Source: Priapulus caudatus
Lineage: Eukaryota
Assembly (NCBI RefSeq): GCF_000485595.1
Contig: NW_014577069.1
Coordinates: 770,018-821,340 of the forward strand
DNA length: 51,323 nt
Direction of reading: 5' to 3'
Position numbers and translations under genes: made by a program. Positions 1 to 13,310 of the stretch are shown here, one piece after another (position 1 is the first letter of the stretch; each line of letters begins with the position of its first letter). The notes below the pieces were generated by a model. It saw only the letters and a program-made list of their open reading frames with translations, was not told the DNA's origin and did not search any database.

Positions 1-48
<48 letters not shown>

Positions 49-51
49 GTG

Positions 52-118
<67 letters not shown>
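1..118. repeat. (GT)n/(GCGT)n microsatellite in protease intron
   Basis: Directly visible. Confidence 0.95.
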
Positions 119-121
<3 letters not shown>

Positions 122-168
122 AAAACGTATTTTCCTACTATATATATGCCCATATCACATCTTTTTAG

Positions 169-326
169 ATCAAGGAATTTATTCACAAGCGATGAAAGAG
201 GTGATTCTTCCTGTTATAAACGTATCTTTATGCCAGAAGTGGTACGAGACACTGAAAAACATCACAGTGCTCTCAGAGTTCGAATTTTGTGCCGGCTACC
301 AAGAGGGCGGATATGACGCTTGTCAG
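169..326 (+). CDS. Trypsin-family (S1A) serine protease, penultimate coding exon (upstream exons lie outside the window)
   Basis: Acceptor ctttttAG at 167-168 and donor CAG|GTAACG at 327. Translation QGIYSQAMKEVILPVINVSLCQKWY...FCAGYQEGGYDACQ matches the S1A pattern EVxLPVIxxxxC...CAGYxEGGxDACQ. Confidence 0.95.
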
Positions 327-1127
327 GTAACGTATTTCCGGTATAACCGTATATTGTAATAATTAAATATAAATAATGATATACGTGAAAGCTGCTCCGT
401 ATGCGAAGCAGGTTACATGACGAATAAACGGTTAAACTAAAACATCAACCTAGGTTTATGCTAAATAAATTTAAACTTTATTATTTAAAATAGTAGTAAT
501 AGATTAGTTCAAATAGATATGGCAATACACTTATACGTATATTGCATTAACGAAAATGGTCAATAGTAAGGAACTACGGCTAGGAGGCCAGTAGCGCTGC
601 CATAATTCAGCTAACCAATGCGTTCGTGCGTACGTGGTTGCATATGTGCATGCGCGCGCTTGTGTGCCTGTGTGTATGTGCGTGTACAGCGTAACCGCAT
701 AAAATAGACTCAAAAAGGTTCTTCGTATACGGAACGTTTAACGCTGGGCGGCTAAACTAAAATATTATCTGGGCGGGAGCCGGCCAGCTGCTTGGAATAA
801 TCTGCGAGATTGGGTTCTGCACGATTTTACATTCAAGAGCTTGAGTGTTTTCTCGTTTAACTCGAATTTCCCGAATGTCTTTCTAGGATTTATTCAAGTA
901 CTTTATTTGCTATCGATTTAAATTTCCCGTAGGAAGGAGAAGTGTTCTTGGCATTTGCGAATAGACCGCAGGCTAGCTGAACTATATAGCTATACACGAG
1001 TAGTTATCAAAGGACAACGTTCGCATATTAGGTTTTCCGCTAACCAAACATCGACGTTTTCAGGTGTGGCCGGTCTGTTATCAACTCGGTTATTAGAAAC
1101 GCAGTTCTTTTTTTGCTTTTTTTGCAG

Positions 1128-1322
1128 GGAGACAGCGGAGGACCCGTGCTGCGTTTGAACGACACGTCGAATCGATGGGAGGTGGTCGGTATCGTTAGCT
1201 GGGGGTTGAACTGCGGGGAGCCATACACGCCTGGCGTGTTCACGAGGGTACCGGTGTTTGTGGACTACATCAAGAACATCACTGAGCTTCGGTTCTTTCA
1301 CAGGGACGAAGGAGATGGCTGA
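1128..1322 (+). CDS. Trypsin-family serine protease, last coding exon (catalytic Ser motif GDSGGP)
   Basis: Strong polypyrimidine acceptor ttttttgctttttttgcAG (AG 1126-1127). A phase-0 join gives DACQ|GDSGGP, followed by [25 protein letters not shown] and stop TGA 1320-1322. Asp at the 189-equivalent position and Gly216/Gly226 equivalents imply trypsin-like (Arg/Lys) specificity. Confidence 0.96.
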   Translation, partial: GDSGGPVLRLNDTSNRWEVVGIVSWGLNCGEPYTPGVFTRVPVFVDYIKNITELRFFHRDEGDG

Positions 1323-1569
1323 CGTAAGCGACAGCGAGATGGCGGTCGTGGAGACGTTGCATTATATGCAGCAAAGTAACTATTGTTACGAACGGAATAT
1401 GTTATGTGAACGTCTTGGGCGGGGATACCTCTAAATCCTTGCTCCTGTTCCTGTTCATTTTACCTTTTTCTACGCGTTTTAACGCGAACCCGCCTGTGTT
1501 AGCGAGCGAGGAAGACTACGCATGTCAGTTTACCAAGTGCCCGACAAGGACCTAGGACTCGTTGTCAGA

Positions 1570-1575
1570 AATAAA
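1570..1575 (+). promoter_or_regulatory. Candidate polyadenylation signal of the protease gene
   Basis: First AATAAA downstream of the stop codon, about 250 nt away. Confidence 0.45.
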
Positions 1576-2537
1576 AGTATGCCGAGTATTAGCAATAGTA
1601 TCTTAACATGCACTCATTACTCAATTAACAGACACTCTTAACTTTCTCGCTCTCGTAGACTGGAACTCTTGTTACACATTGGCGTATGAGAAACTCATAA
1701 CTTTACTATGTTCTGTCAACGGACTACGTGGCAAAGGCAACGTTAAGACTACTTTTGTTTCTGACAACGGGCCTCTGGAGTTTAGATCGCGCCAAAGGCG
1801 GTCATTCGTGTTTCGATCTCAAGTATTGCGTTCTTTTCTATCCACAGTTATCCAGATGATCGTACGTAATTTTCTCTATTCATAGAGGAAATAGATTACA
1901 CGAAAACGGTAACAAGAAAATTCTTGCCAGTGAATATTTAGACATTGAATAAGAATCTTTGTTCACGAAGAATCCTTCCGTTGTTAAACAAGTTGTAAGT
2001 TCTGATAAACAACGTACTAAAACAAGCCGTACGCCAGGTGACAAATCACGACTTATTGTAAAAATGATTTTACATCGCTAACGTTAAAATACACGATTAT
2101 TTACGGCTCGCGGTCTATACGCCATCGGCAGAATTTTACGTGCACATAGAAGACAGAAATAGCTGACATGTTGTTTAACAATACACGGTTTGTTGTGTTT
2201 TCGAGTTCGCAAACGTAATGGCGCGGTGCGCCACAGTAGAGATTAAACGAACACAAAAGGACCAGGTATACAAGGGTACCATAGCAAACATGTAATATAG
2301 TTACGGTTAGTGTATACATAATTGTTATGATTACGTTTAGAGATAGGCGTAGGAGTAGATATCGTTAAAGTTATAGTCTCCTAACCCTACCCCCTGATGA
2401 AGTCGTCATGCGTTTGTTTTTATGTTTGAGAGCAGACGACTCGACACGTCACTCGAGCTATGCTTACATGGCGAATTATACGCACGTGAATTACCTATAC
2501 AAACCGAGTAGTACAAATCTATTGTTTCTGTACTAGT

Positions 2538-2540
<3 letters not shown>

Positions 2541-2624
<84 letters not shown>

Positions 2625-2641
2625 CACACACNNNNNNNNNN

Positions 2642-2732
<91 letters not shown>

Positions 2733-2802
2733 ACGCACGCGCGCGGACACGCAAGCACGCACGCACGCACGCACGCACGCACACACCCACACACACACAC
2801 AC
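2541..2802. repeat. (CA)n/(CACG)n microsatellite with small gap; left boundary of duplicated block copy A
   Basis: Directly visible. An equivalent tract at 7943-8100 precedes copy B. Confidence 0.95.
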
Positions 2803-4122
2803 AATGTATAGCTCGTAATATGATGTTTGAATGATATTTTATACATCTGGCATGTTGTCAGATCATATCTGTGCGATTACAGTACAATGCTTAGCTTTGT
2901 TGAACATAGGTGGCGCTTCGTTGCTATTTCTCGAAATCGAAATCCTACGTGAAGGTATCGTTCGAACATTTCTGGTTTTGCGATTCGCCTAGGTATGATG
3001 CATTAATAATACATGCAAAAACAAGAAAAGATATGTATATACAGTTATATGCTTTGTGTGGGTATTGTTATAAAGGGACACGATATTCTACAATACGATA
3101 ATACGAACAATACGAACAATACGAAAATATAGAAATATTGACTTTAAATTAATGTGATATAATACCTTAAAAGGGGGTTTGCTTTCTTGGCGTATACGCG
3201 TATGAAGCTACTTAGTGGTAATGTGTTTCCTACATATAAACTAACATGTTTAGGACAATTTTGTTAAGCTTAGTCAGTGAAGTGTACTGACTGAAATGGT
3301 GTTCATCAGTAAATTAATTTACATTTATGGGTGTATATCACATATTATGATAGAGAATACGTGTAAGACTTAACGTTATTTAAAAAATCCATATATTTAG
3401 AACGTTTTTATTTACCTATTGCCTGTTAATTACTCTGTGACTGTTAAACTACCATGTAAATGTTATATGAAAGTGAAGCTTTGATGGTACGGGCACTATG
3501 CCTGTTGTTGTGAGGTGCAGTTACAAAACCCTGGCGGGAAACTACGGGAGCATTTTGATAGTCACTAAATCCAAGGAATGAGATGAGAACTTTCTCCTGA
3601 CAGCTGCGAACTATATTTCTTCCGCAGACTCACGTCTTGCTTTCTGTCGTTAACAAGACATTATCAATTATGTTACGATTACACATCAACATGTCAGTTT
3701 AGTCATCATATAATTATTAGTTTAAACGAACTTATTAATTATTTTGTAAACTGTCGTATGCCGTGTTAGTATATACAGTATGTATGAATCACGCGTTTAT
3801 GTAAAGAAATAATTGTTGATATAGTGTTAATTCTATTTGAACCATCTCTATCCCTGGTTGATCGCCAATAAACATCGGTATGCGATTAACTTGTCGGTGG
3901 AACGATTTAACCTAAAATTGTAATTCCGATGTCTGCTTCTATCAATGCATCGATCATCCGTTCATTTCACTATGCCGGGTTATATGTTTCTTAAATATTG
4001 TTGTATTTATAAAATAATGAATTAAACAAATTACTTGGTTCGGAATGGCGTGCAATTGTATATTGGATTTGTCGCATGGAATACGATTCAGCAAACTTTT
4101 AAAACGAATACTATTAATCATA

Positions 4123-4265
4123 TAACATAACATGACACAACACGTGATACAACATAACATAACAAAACATAACAAAACATAACAAAACATAACATAACAT
4201 AACATAACATAACATAACATAACATAACATAACATAACATAACATAACATAACATAACACAACAT
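4123..4265. repeat. (AACAT)n pentanucleotide microsatellite
   Basis: Directly visible. The paralogous, longer tract is at ~21045-21962. Confidence 0.95.
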
Positions 4266-4728
4266 TATGGCTATTTGTTCTCAGCAGATTTAACACATTT
4301 ATCAAGCTGTGAATAAAAATACACCCACGTTAGCTACGTACTGATCATCGTCAACAGTGATAACTTTCTAGACGTTAAGCACAAAAGCATGCATAAAAAC
4401 ATTGGATGTTATATGAAGTATCTTTTGAATCATCATTTGGTTAATAACTTTAATTTATAATACACGCCTCGAGAAGAGACATCGAGTAATTATACTTGTT
4501 AGCAGAAGTACTAGCTTTGGGAATAAGTTACGGGACAACTAATGGTAATCTAATGAAAGAGGAAAAATTTCCCTCCGTTTTCACGTGCAATTAGCAGGAA
4601 GACTAACAACGTAGGCGGTGTTGACAAAAATGCGAGCCTCAGTATAACGCATAAATTAGAATGGTAGACCCGTACGTCATACAAACGACTTTCGTGCGGC
4701 AANNNNNNNNNNNNNNNNNNNNNNNNNG

Positions 4729-6165
4729 TCACCATCATTAGATTTACCGTGTCAAAGAAGTTCGGGACTGGGTAGGCATAGGTGCGAACGGCGAGTCTGG
4801 GATTGAGCAGCATATTAGTTGGTGCTAGGGGCTCGGGATTGCTGGTATGGCGTGCATTATTATTCAACTCATATACGTACCTACTATTATACTGATAAAT
4901 AATATATATATATTTATGTTATATTATAATATATTTGTCTTAGGGTTGCTTGTTTGTTTAGGGGGGTTACTGGGGAGTTACTTTGTTTGGGGAGGGGTTT
5001 GGTGTGAGTGGTGGGTGTGGTCGGGGGTGGGGGGGGGGGGGGGTGGCAGTGGGGTTTGGGGGGGGTGGGGAGTTGGTGCTTAGTTGTGTTGGCTGGGTAA
5101 TCAGTGTTTGTGTGGGTGTGGTGGTAATGTGTTTGGTTTGTAGGTTTTGGGATTTTTTGGGCGGCGTGGGGGGGTGTTTTGGTTGGGCGGGATGCTTGGG
5201 GTGTCGGTATGAGTTGTGCTATGTGTTTTGTGACTGGGTGGCTTGGGGGTGGGAGGGGGGGGGGGTGGTGCAGTGGTTGTGCTGTCGTGTTGTGGGCTTA
5301 GTTTATCGATTTTGTTTTATGGTGGTTGTGTTTTGGTGATGGTGGTAGTCCGGTTGTGTGTGTGTTGGCGTGTGTGGTTTTTGTGTGGTGGTGGGTGGGG
5401 TGGGGTGGGTATGTGGGTGGGGTTTGGCTGGAGGGGGGGGGGGGGGTGCGTGTGTGGGTGGGGGGGTGGTGGTTCCTTACATGCATTAGCGGTACGTTAG
5501 GTATTAATCATATTGTATTTTCTCATTCTTTATGATTTACTGTCTATAATTGTCTGTATATAATATTTTGCTCTTGTCTCATTACATGTGTATTCAGTTG
5601 TTGAATATGTCTGTCCTGAGGATTGTGGGTATAGGGGGGGGGGGGGGGTTGTGATTTTTGCAGTGGCAGTGGGTTTAGCATGCGTCGGTACCTACTTTCT
5701 TTGTAGCTTCCTCCTGATCTGTTTGGAATGTGGTAGTCTTGGAGGCGGGGTTGGGACGGGTGTAGCTGTCCTGTGTTGGTCCGCTGCTGCCGGGCTGCGT
5801 TATTGGGGTGATTTGGTGTATTTGAGCTTTGTTTCGGGCACTTGTTGTTGGTGCTTTGTGGTGCTGAGTTCGTTGTGTCTGTGACAGGGGAAGTTGTTTA
5901 CTCGATTTTTTGTTGTTTTTTTTTTTTTTTTTTTTCTTTTTCTTTCTTTCTTTTTTTCCTTTTCTTCACAAATTTCCTTCTTTTTTTTCTTTTTTCTTTT
6001 TTTTTATTTTCCTTCATTTTTTTTTTTCTTTTTTTCTGTCTTTTTTTTTCTCCTCTTTTCTCTCTGCTCCTTCCTTTTTTTTTCCTCGTCCTTTTTCCTC
6101 TCTCTCTCCCTCCTCTTCCTCTCCCTCCCTGCTCCCGCTCCCTCTCTCCTAAGGACAGAGAGATT
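4729..6165. other. Low-complexity G/T-rich then pyrimidine-rich patch, probably low-quality gap fill
   Basis: Follows an N gap, is dominated by homopolymer runs, and has no counterpart in copy B. Homology to copy B resumes abruptly after gagagat at ~6164. Confidence 0.6.
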
Positions 6166-7942
6166 GTTCAAGAGCTTAACTACCTTAATATTTTACAACA
6201 TATGTTCTAATCACAGAAGCATACTATACGAATTAATCGAATATCCGGGATCACGAATAAGAATGTATATATAGTAGCCCATGTATAGTTTATATATATT
6301 AATATACACATATATATATATATATATATATACATACATATACGAATACGAGTATACGCATGTAGCTATGTTACTCTGCTGGGTGCGTATAGTACAGAAT
6401 AGTATCGCGTTCATAATTGCGCTTGTTGAAGACATCTTATAGTGAATGTCTACTTACATACAAATACAACACTATATACCTACCAACATAAAAGTGTATT
6501 CATGTTAGACTTTATTGATTTTAATTAAAAGTAACGCTCTTGTTCCATAGCAATACGTCTACCAACGTCACTCAACACATACGATCAATTGTATCATCGT
6601 AAACGATGAAATAGGATAATTATTATTAGCATAACAGCGCGATCGAATATGCCTTGTTATTGAGAAGATTGAAGTGTTGACTCGCGTACTCTCTATCATG
6701 TCACAACGATGTAATCGTGTCTGAAGCCCGTGTAACACTTCCTTGGCAAACGTAATTGGGCGTAGCGTAACAGTTTCAACAACGTACTTCACCGCTTTGA
6801 ATTGGCGTCGAGAAATGGCGGAGGCAGCGAGTTTCCCATCATGTTATCGAGTCGTATGACTCAGAAGAGCTGTTAAACGGCAGTGACAACGCACGGGGGC
6901 AATATGCAAGCAAAATATACGCAGCTTCATGTCAAGGTTTCGCAAAGAAAAAAAACGACAAAAAGTGTGCAATCGCAGGGAAATATTTGATCGCACGCTA
7001 TCGATTGGCGACGCTAACGTATAATATGATATGACGAAGTATCGTATGTTAGCATGCGGTCCACATTAATCACGTTATATTACCCATGCTCATCATCTAT
7101 CTCCGCTGCTGGTTACCAAATTAAAGCCTGTCACAAGTGCACACGCTCTGTAATTTGATGCGACATACATACTCGAATATATGACTGATAAACCGACTTA
7201 ACCTTGAAGCAAGATATAGTACTTTCAGGCTTCGTTGACGAATCACAACAGAACATCGCGATCATTGCTTGATCAAAATTAGCGGCGTACGCATAACTAC
7301 ACTCGTCGTTCCAGAATCATCCATCCGGAGAATATCTCTCCCTGCAGAACCCGCCGGAAAATGTAGATTTCACGAAAATATCCAGCTGGGCAATCCCTTT
7401 TCCCCCAGCGACGATAATACCAGACTTAATTACTACATACTTCCATGCGTATTCTTCGTAAGTCTACGCGGCATTACTTCACGAACTTAATCGCCATTTC
7501 CAGTCAATCGTCATTATAGCCTTGTATGACATGTTCGCCTACTTGTGCATAATATTATCCTTTGAATTATTATTATATATTTTCCCGGTTTACGGACTCA
7601 CCATAACGCTGGCGTGATCAATAACAGCCTCTCTATGTACGACCACGTATCCGCGATATGTATCTGTATGCAACGCTAATCGTTAAAACAAAGAACCGGC
7701 AATAAAACGCAGGAACAGGCTTAGGGTGGTTCACTTTAAAGAACGGGGTTGGAAGCCATGCTTTAGATGCATTCGAGTCGTTGTTGTAATTACAAACTGC
7801 ATCTATCGTTACATGGGTCCGCTGCCACTGCCACTGCTGGCCATTATTGACTACTAACGAAATAGATTAATGTAACGACGGTTGCTGTTCCTTGCATGAT
7901 CGGCATCGAGAAAAATGTTCTTATATATTTAAATTTAAGCAG

Positions 7943-8000
<58 letters not shown>

Positions 8001-8261
8001 TTCACCACGCGCGAGCAAAAAGGCACACACATCACACACGAAACACGCAGCACTCACCACGCACGCACGGCACCGGCACGCACGACACGCACGCACACAC
8101 TGTATACGCCGCAAATAAGATGTTTGAATGATATTTAATACATCTGCAAATGTTTCAGATCATTATTAGGCGATTACTAGTACAATGCTTAGCATTTTCG
8201 TTGAACATTGAGGTGGCCTTCGTCTATTTCCCGACAATCGAACAATCCTACGGAAAGTATT

Positions 8262-11200
8262 CCAGCTATCTCTATAAAATATATCTGATAGGGCATTGCC
8301 TATGAATGGACGCCAGAGCGCGCATCTCCAACCACTATCTGTAAAAGCTTCGAATCTGCCGGTCCTGGTGCCACCACGAACATTCCAAATGAAAAATTAA
8401 GAAAACGCGACTTATTCTATTATCAAATTAGACATGAAAAGAAACTTTGATCCATACATCAAGAGATATAATATAATATGGATATTATATATAGAGACAT
8501 GCATGGAGTCTAAGGGAAACGAAAATACCACGAAAAAATAATTTTTACGTGATCGTCACGAATCACAGTGCTAGCTACTCGTTGCCTATTCACCAATATA
8601 ATAATTCTTATGTTATCCATTCGTATGAAAACAAACGCATAGAAGCAAAGATGATAGAAACAGATCGAAAATGATGAAAACATGAAGTGATTATATTATT
8701 ATAATAATATATTTATTATTGATAAGGCATATAGGTCATAGCATATAAGCATACATAGGCCTAACCCACCAGCTGTGTGACTAACGTCAATATACTATAA
8801 TGTCGTTCAAATTACTTTTTGTATAAGAAGGAAAGAAGAAAAGAATTGTAATAATCCTAACTACAGTAGCCTATTTGTAGTTAAGGAAGCGCTATGTCTC
8901 ATGATTATTTAATAGTTTAATAGTTTGGAACCAATAATTCGGGTATTTCATACTGATCGATACGTTAGCTCCATAGCCAGTTGCCTAGCACTGTTACTTG
9001 TGTAAGTGCTACCAGGTGTATTGTAATTTTGTTAGTTTTGTGTGCGAACCAGCCTGTGTGCCTCGTGTCACCGCGGACATAAGCCCTGGCGCCCGGCTTG
9101 GGTATGTTTGTGTGTGATTAGCATAGGCCTGTTACCATAGATCGGCATTAGTACTTTCCTAAGCCCGACAAGGCTGCGACCGATTGTCTATCTTCTAACT
9201 CTAGCAAGACCGTTTCTTGGAGGCTAGGTACTTTAAATAAGTTGTATTGTTTGTGTCATGATTTAAAATAATGAGCTAAAGCCAAATTAGCTACACACCA
9301 GCACATGTAATTTTTGTGTGCGTGTGAATACTCACTTACAACTGGCTCTCCCGTCGTCGACCACCCCACCGAACGGCAGTAGATGCTGAGGGTCAACCCA
9401 GGCTAACTGATGATTCGTTTCGCGACTCACGGAGCAATTCCCGACATCTCGGCGCGTTTAGCAACCATGGCCTACGCCACTCAAGTGTCACAGTTCTTAA
9501 CGAGATTTCAAATGATTTCAGCTGCGACATCTGCAAACTTTAGCTAAGGTTTTGGGCTGATCTTTAATCAACGATGTTTAGTTAAGATTCGATGGATTTC
9601 CATCACGTACTTGGTGCGATTTGGCTTGTTCATCGCGACTCAATCTCGTTTGTCCGTTCCATAAGCGCGGCTCCTTACTGTGTGTACACAGTTCTATTGT
9701 TTCATGAGTCCACCATATATTATAGAGCCGGATTCGCGCACACTAATGTAACTGTATTTAAGTGTGATGTTTCTTGTTTCTTTGAATTAAAAGCGCGTTG
9801 ATCGATGGGCCGATGCAATAAAGTAATTTATCCCGGTTGTCTATTCTAATGTCTTCCTCTTTCATACGCAACACACCACAGTGACGGTTCAATTCAAAGG
9901 TCAGCATCCAGTGATCGAATCTTAGACGTGTAACGACCGAGCATGTTATTGTGGCATTACAGCAATTAACGGAGATCACACAAGGGAATATACATGTAAT
10001 ACGCCATATTTTTCACATAACAGGTATTTTCACAAATCGGACCTGAACGGACAATTTTCCGCAGAGTGGTTCTAAAATTTATAATTCGGTGTTCTGGTGA
10101 CTTTTGACGGTTGGTGATCGACACTCCAACGTTCGTGCAGAGGCAGGTCCGGCGCGCGCACCGGAGAACATGCAGAGGCTGCGAGGCATGCGCATCATCC
10201 GGACGCTCGGCGTCTGGAGCGGCGCGAAGAGACCTGATGGGACAGCTACTGAAGCCCTCGTGAGTCAGCGAAATGACCGCGGAATTTGACGAGCGCTGTC
10301 GTCCCGAATCCTCCAGAGAGGACGTGCCTGACGCGCGACGGTCTAGAAGATGTATCAAAACCGCTCGCGCCCGCAAACCACGCCGATACGCTGAGAAGAG
10401 TTCTGGCGCAGAATGCGTCGCGCGATTGGCCGCGAAGCAACGACCGCAACGGTGGAAGCCCCAGTAGTCCAGAAGCACAGCAGCACATATCGTCCTGACG
10501 AGTCTTGAGTGAGTGAGCAGCGAGCTGTCATCTCGTGATAGTCGCACAGCTCGGCGCGCTTGCGTCTCCCGCGCACGCGACGTTGCTGCGAAACAGCGTA
10601 CGCACGCGTTGCGGTCGCGAGCGCCGCACGCTGACACGCTCGTGCGATCGCTGCGCGAGCCTGGCTCTCCATCGCGTGGGTGCCTCCCGATCCGCTCGAG
10701 TCCCGGCGCAATGCTCCTCGAGACACCCCTACGAGTGCGTGTCCGCGTGTTCCCGCCCGCCTTGCATTCGCCCGCGACGAGTGGGAAGCGGCCGGCGTGG
10801 CGACCGCTAACCGGCAGCGTGTTGCGCAGTGTGGCCGTGTTCTACACTTGGCAACTAGGACCTCGACAAAGAGAAGATGGTCACTCGACTGCTACAGCCA
10901 GTGCGGGGCGGAGGTAACCGCGTGCCATCGCAAAGCCGTGGACGTCTGTGTGGCGGGACGACGCTGTTTAAATATGCATTCGACTTTTAATAAATTCTTT
11001 ATTAGAAAACCAGAATAATTAATCAGTACAGGATCTTTATTCATTATCACAAGAAATGCCGCGCAGCCCGCACAGCACTGATCATTGCAAGGAAAGTGCT
11101 ATCATTTAGGCGCCCATGCCATTATTATCTGCCAAACCTGAAGCGCAGTTACACGATGCGGGGCCAAAGGCAAGCCGGGGTCAGGCCATATGGCAATGAT

Positions 11201-12181
11201 CGGGCCTAATAGTTATTGGTTGGCTCAAAGATAACAGCGATATGGGCCACATATTGGCCTGGTGCTGTTGTGCTGTCCTGGTTATATAGCTAATCTAGTA
11301 TATCATTATATATGCTATATATTGCTATATTCATTATATATGTCCTAACAATATTATGCTATAATCATGTATATATCTATATACTTGCTATAATCATCAT
11401 GATCTATAGTAGCTATATAATGATGCCTAGCACATATCTATATTTACCTTAGACCCCGAATAATTCTTTCAGATGAACGTTTTATCAATCATCCTAATCT
11501 TTTCATACTATCGATTCATATATATATAAATAGCCTAGTACTAGTATATACCCGTAGTAGTAGTAATATTGACGTTATTTCACACAGGGTGACACACCTC
11601 TGGTGGGCAATAATATAATATCATAAATAAGACTAATTAATTAAATATAGTAACGTAGTATATATTAGGCTATGTACGGCTATAATGCTATACCTATATG
11701 CCTTTATAAATAAATAAATATATATATAATATATATAATTATAGTCTCTTTCATCGTTTCATCATTTTTCATCGATGTTCATCATCTTGCCTTCTTGTTT
11801 GTTTTCATCACGAAGAACATAAGAATTATTATTAATTTGGTAACATAGGCTCCGAACTACTAGCACGTGACTCGGTGACGTCCACGTAAAAAAATTATTT
11901 TCGTAAGTATTCTCGTTCCCATTAGCTCCACTCATGGTAGTCTAAGTACATAATCCAATTTATACAATCTCGGTTAACGTCTGATCAAAGTTTTTTTTCA
12001 TGCTAATGAAAATAGAATAATCGCGTTTATCTTCATTTTTCAATTTGAAATGTGTGGGGCACAGACCGGCAGATCGCTTTAGCAGAGTGGTTGAAGATGG
12101 CGCTCTGGCGTCATTGTCATTTAGAGTTCGCCTGGATAGGGCCAAATGCCTATTTGCGCAGATATATTCTAGGAGACAGTG
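8262..12181. mobile_element. 3.9 kb DNA transposon with ~500 bp terminal inverted repeats and 9-bp TSD (MULE/Foldback- or AcademH-like, apparently non-autonomous)
   Basis: 8262-8764 is the noisy reverse complement of 11665-12181 (e.g. gacgccagagcg..catctccaaccact / agtggttgaagatggcgctctggcgtc; catgaaaagaaactttgatc / gatcaaagttttttttcatg). GAAAGTATT is duplicated at 8253-8261 and 12182-12190. A single empty site, gaaggtatc, lies at 2951-2959 in copy A. Confidence 0.85.
10141..10970 (+). pseudogene. GC-rich coding-like cargo inside the transposon; frameshifted resemblance to the C-terminal half of a Toll/IL-1R (TIR) domain
   Basis: Possible acceptor ttcgtgcAG ending at 10140. Manual frame-hopping gives RRAH.ENMQRLRGMRII...EFDE.LSSRILQ.RTCL...EFWRRMRRAIG (FW at 10401), compared with the TLR pattern EFxxAH....RLIxI...ELxxYLxTxTYL...FWxxLRxAL. 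AATAAA at ~10989. Several frameshifts are needed. Confidence 0.4.
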
Positions 12182-12219
12182 GAAAGTATTGTTCGAACAT
12201 TTCCATGGACGATCTGCAG

Positions 12220-13310
12220 GCCGTGATATCGCGCGGAAGCGCGAAACAGCGCCCGCCGATCGCCGGCCCCTTTTGATCGGAAATCGCTGCCCTGTGGAAT
12301 TTTTTTTCCGTCAGTGCCCTATGGTAATAAGAATAATATGCGTGTAAATCGTCCAATTAAGCAGTTGGGGCTATTCCCAGAAGCCTTTCGAGTGAATTGC
12401 ACGTAGGGCGAGTCATAAATCCAAATCTTGGCGTTTTTGTTGTTTGCGCTCGGCGCGGCATCCTTTTCGTGTAGAAAAAATAATTTACCGCTTTCCGCAT
12501 GGTTCCTGGCTCTGACATTAAATTTGAAGTTATGCGCGACGCCATAAGATGGCGGCAACGCGTCCATACTACGTCACCATTTTCAAATATTCAAAAAAAA
12601 ACAAACGCTTGCATTGATGACCTAGACTTGCCGCGGCCGCGCGCCCCATGCACAGTCGACACGCTAGCGGTAACTGCACCATTCAAGTGTAGCCAACATA
12701 GTTTGGCTTAGTGAAGGTCGGTAGCCGTCTGAGCCGCTCGCAAGGCAATCAGTCATTAGCCAGGGCTCCGACTTCCGCAGATATGCCTGCGCTACAGCGC
12801 GAACAGGCCGCCGTCGTGGCCGCTTTCTGAATCAAAAATCGCTGCCCTGTTTGAAATTTTTTCCGTCAGTGCCCTATGGGATAAAGGATATAAGCGGTGT
12901 AATTGGTCAATTGCGGCAGTTGGTGGGCATCTCCCTAGAAGCCTTTCGAGTATGCCGTGTAGGCGCGACAAATAAATCCAAATCGCTACGTTTTTGGTTG
13001 TTTGCCGCTCGGCGCGCGTCCTTTTCGTGTAAGAAAAATAATTAGCGGACACTTTCGGCTGGTTCATGCTCTGACATTAAATTGAAATTAACACGCGACA
13101 CCATAATGGCGCATACGAGTCCATCACGGTAGCCATTTTCAAGTTTTAAAAAAAAAACGCTCGGCTCGATGACCTAAGAGCTCCGCGCGGATGCACAGTC
13201 GACACGCAAGCGTAACTCACATTCATGTGTACGCCAACGAAGTTGGACCTGGAGTGAACGTCGCTAGCGCGTCTAGCCCTGCATTCGTCATTTGCCGGCT
13301 CCGAAGCTTT
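12220..13310 (+). repeat. Tandem dimer of a ~550 bp unit inside the composite element
   Basis: 12220-12775 ~ 12776-13310. Shared strings include aaatcgctgccctgt, ttccgtcagtgccctatgg, gaagcctttcgagt, ctctgacattaaatt and atgcacagtcgacacgc. Confidence 0.85.

Larger units (their letters stand above)
2802..7940 (+). repeat. Duplicated block, copy A (largely insertion-free)
   Basis: Co-linear near-identity to copy B: 2802-2960~8098-8261; 2971-3520~14886-15506; 3520-4700~20118-22390; 6165-7940~22970-24712. Confidence 0.9.

Noticed and set aside
2394..2425. CTGATGA as a hammerhead ribozyme core (also ~9407, ~17639, ~44339)
   Set aside because: No properly placed stem II followed by GAAA and no closing stems could be built.
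4960..6165. G-quadruplex-rich or Gly/Phe-rich coding segment
   Set aside because: Absent from the paralogous block, sits beside a gap and ends in an adapter-like gagagat; most likely sequencing junk.
8262..12181. Long inverted repeat as a fold-back read artefact
   Set aside because: The interior is not palindromic, and a 9-bp TSD plus an empty site in copy A support a genuine insertion.
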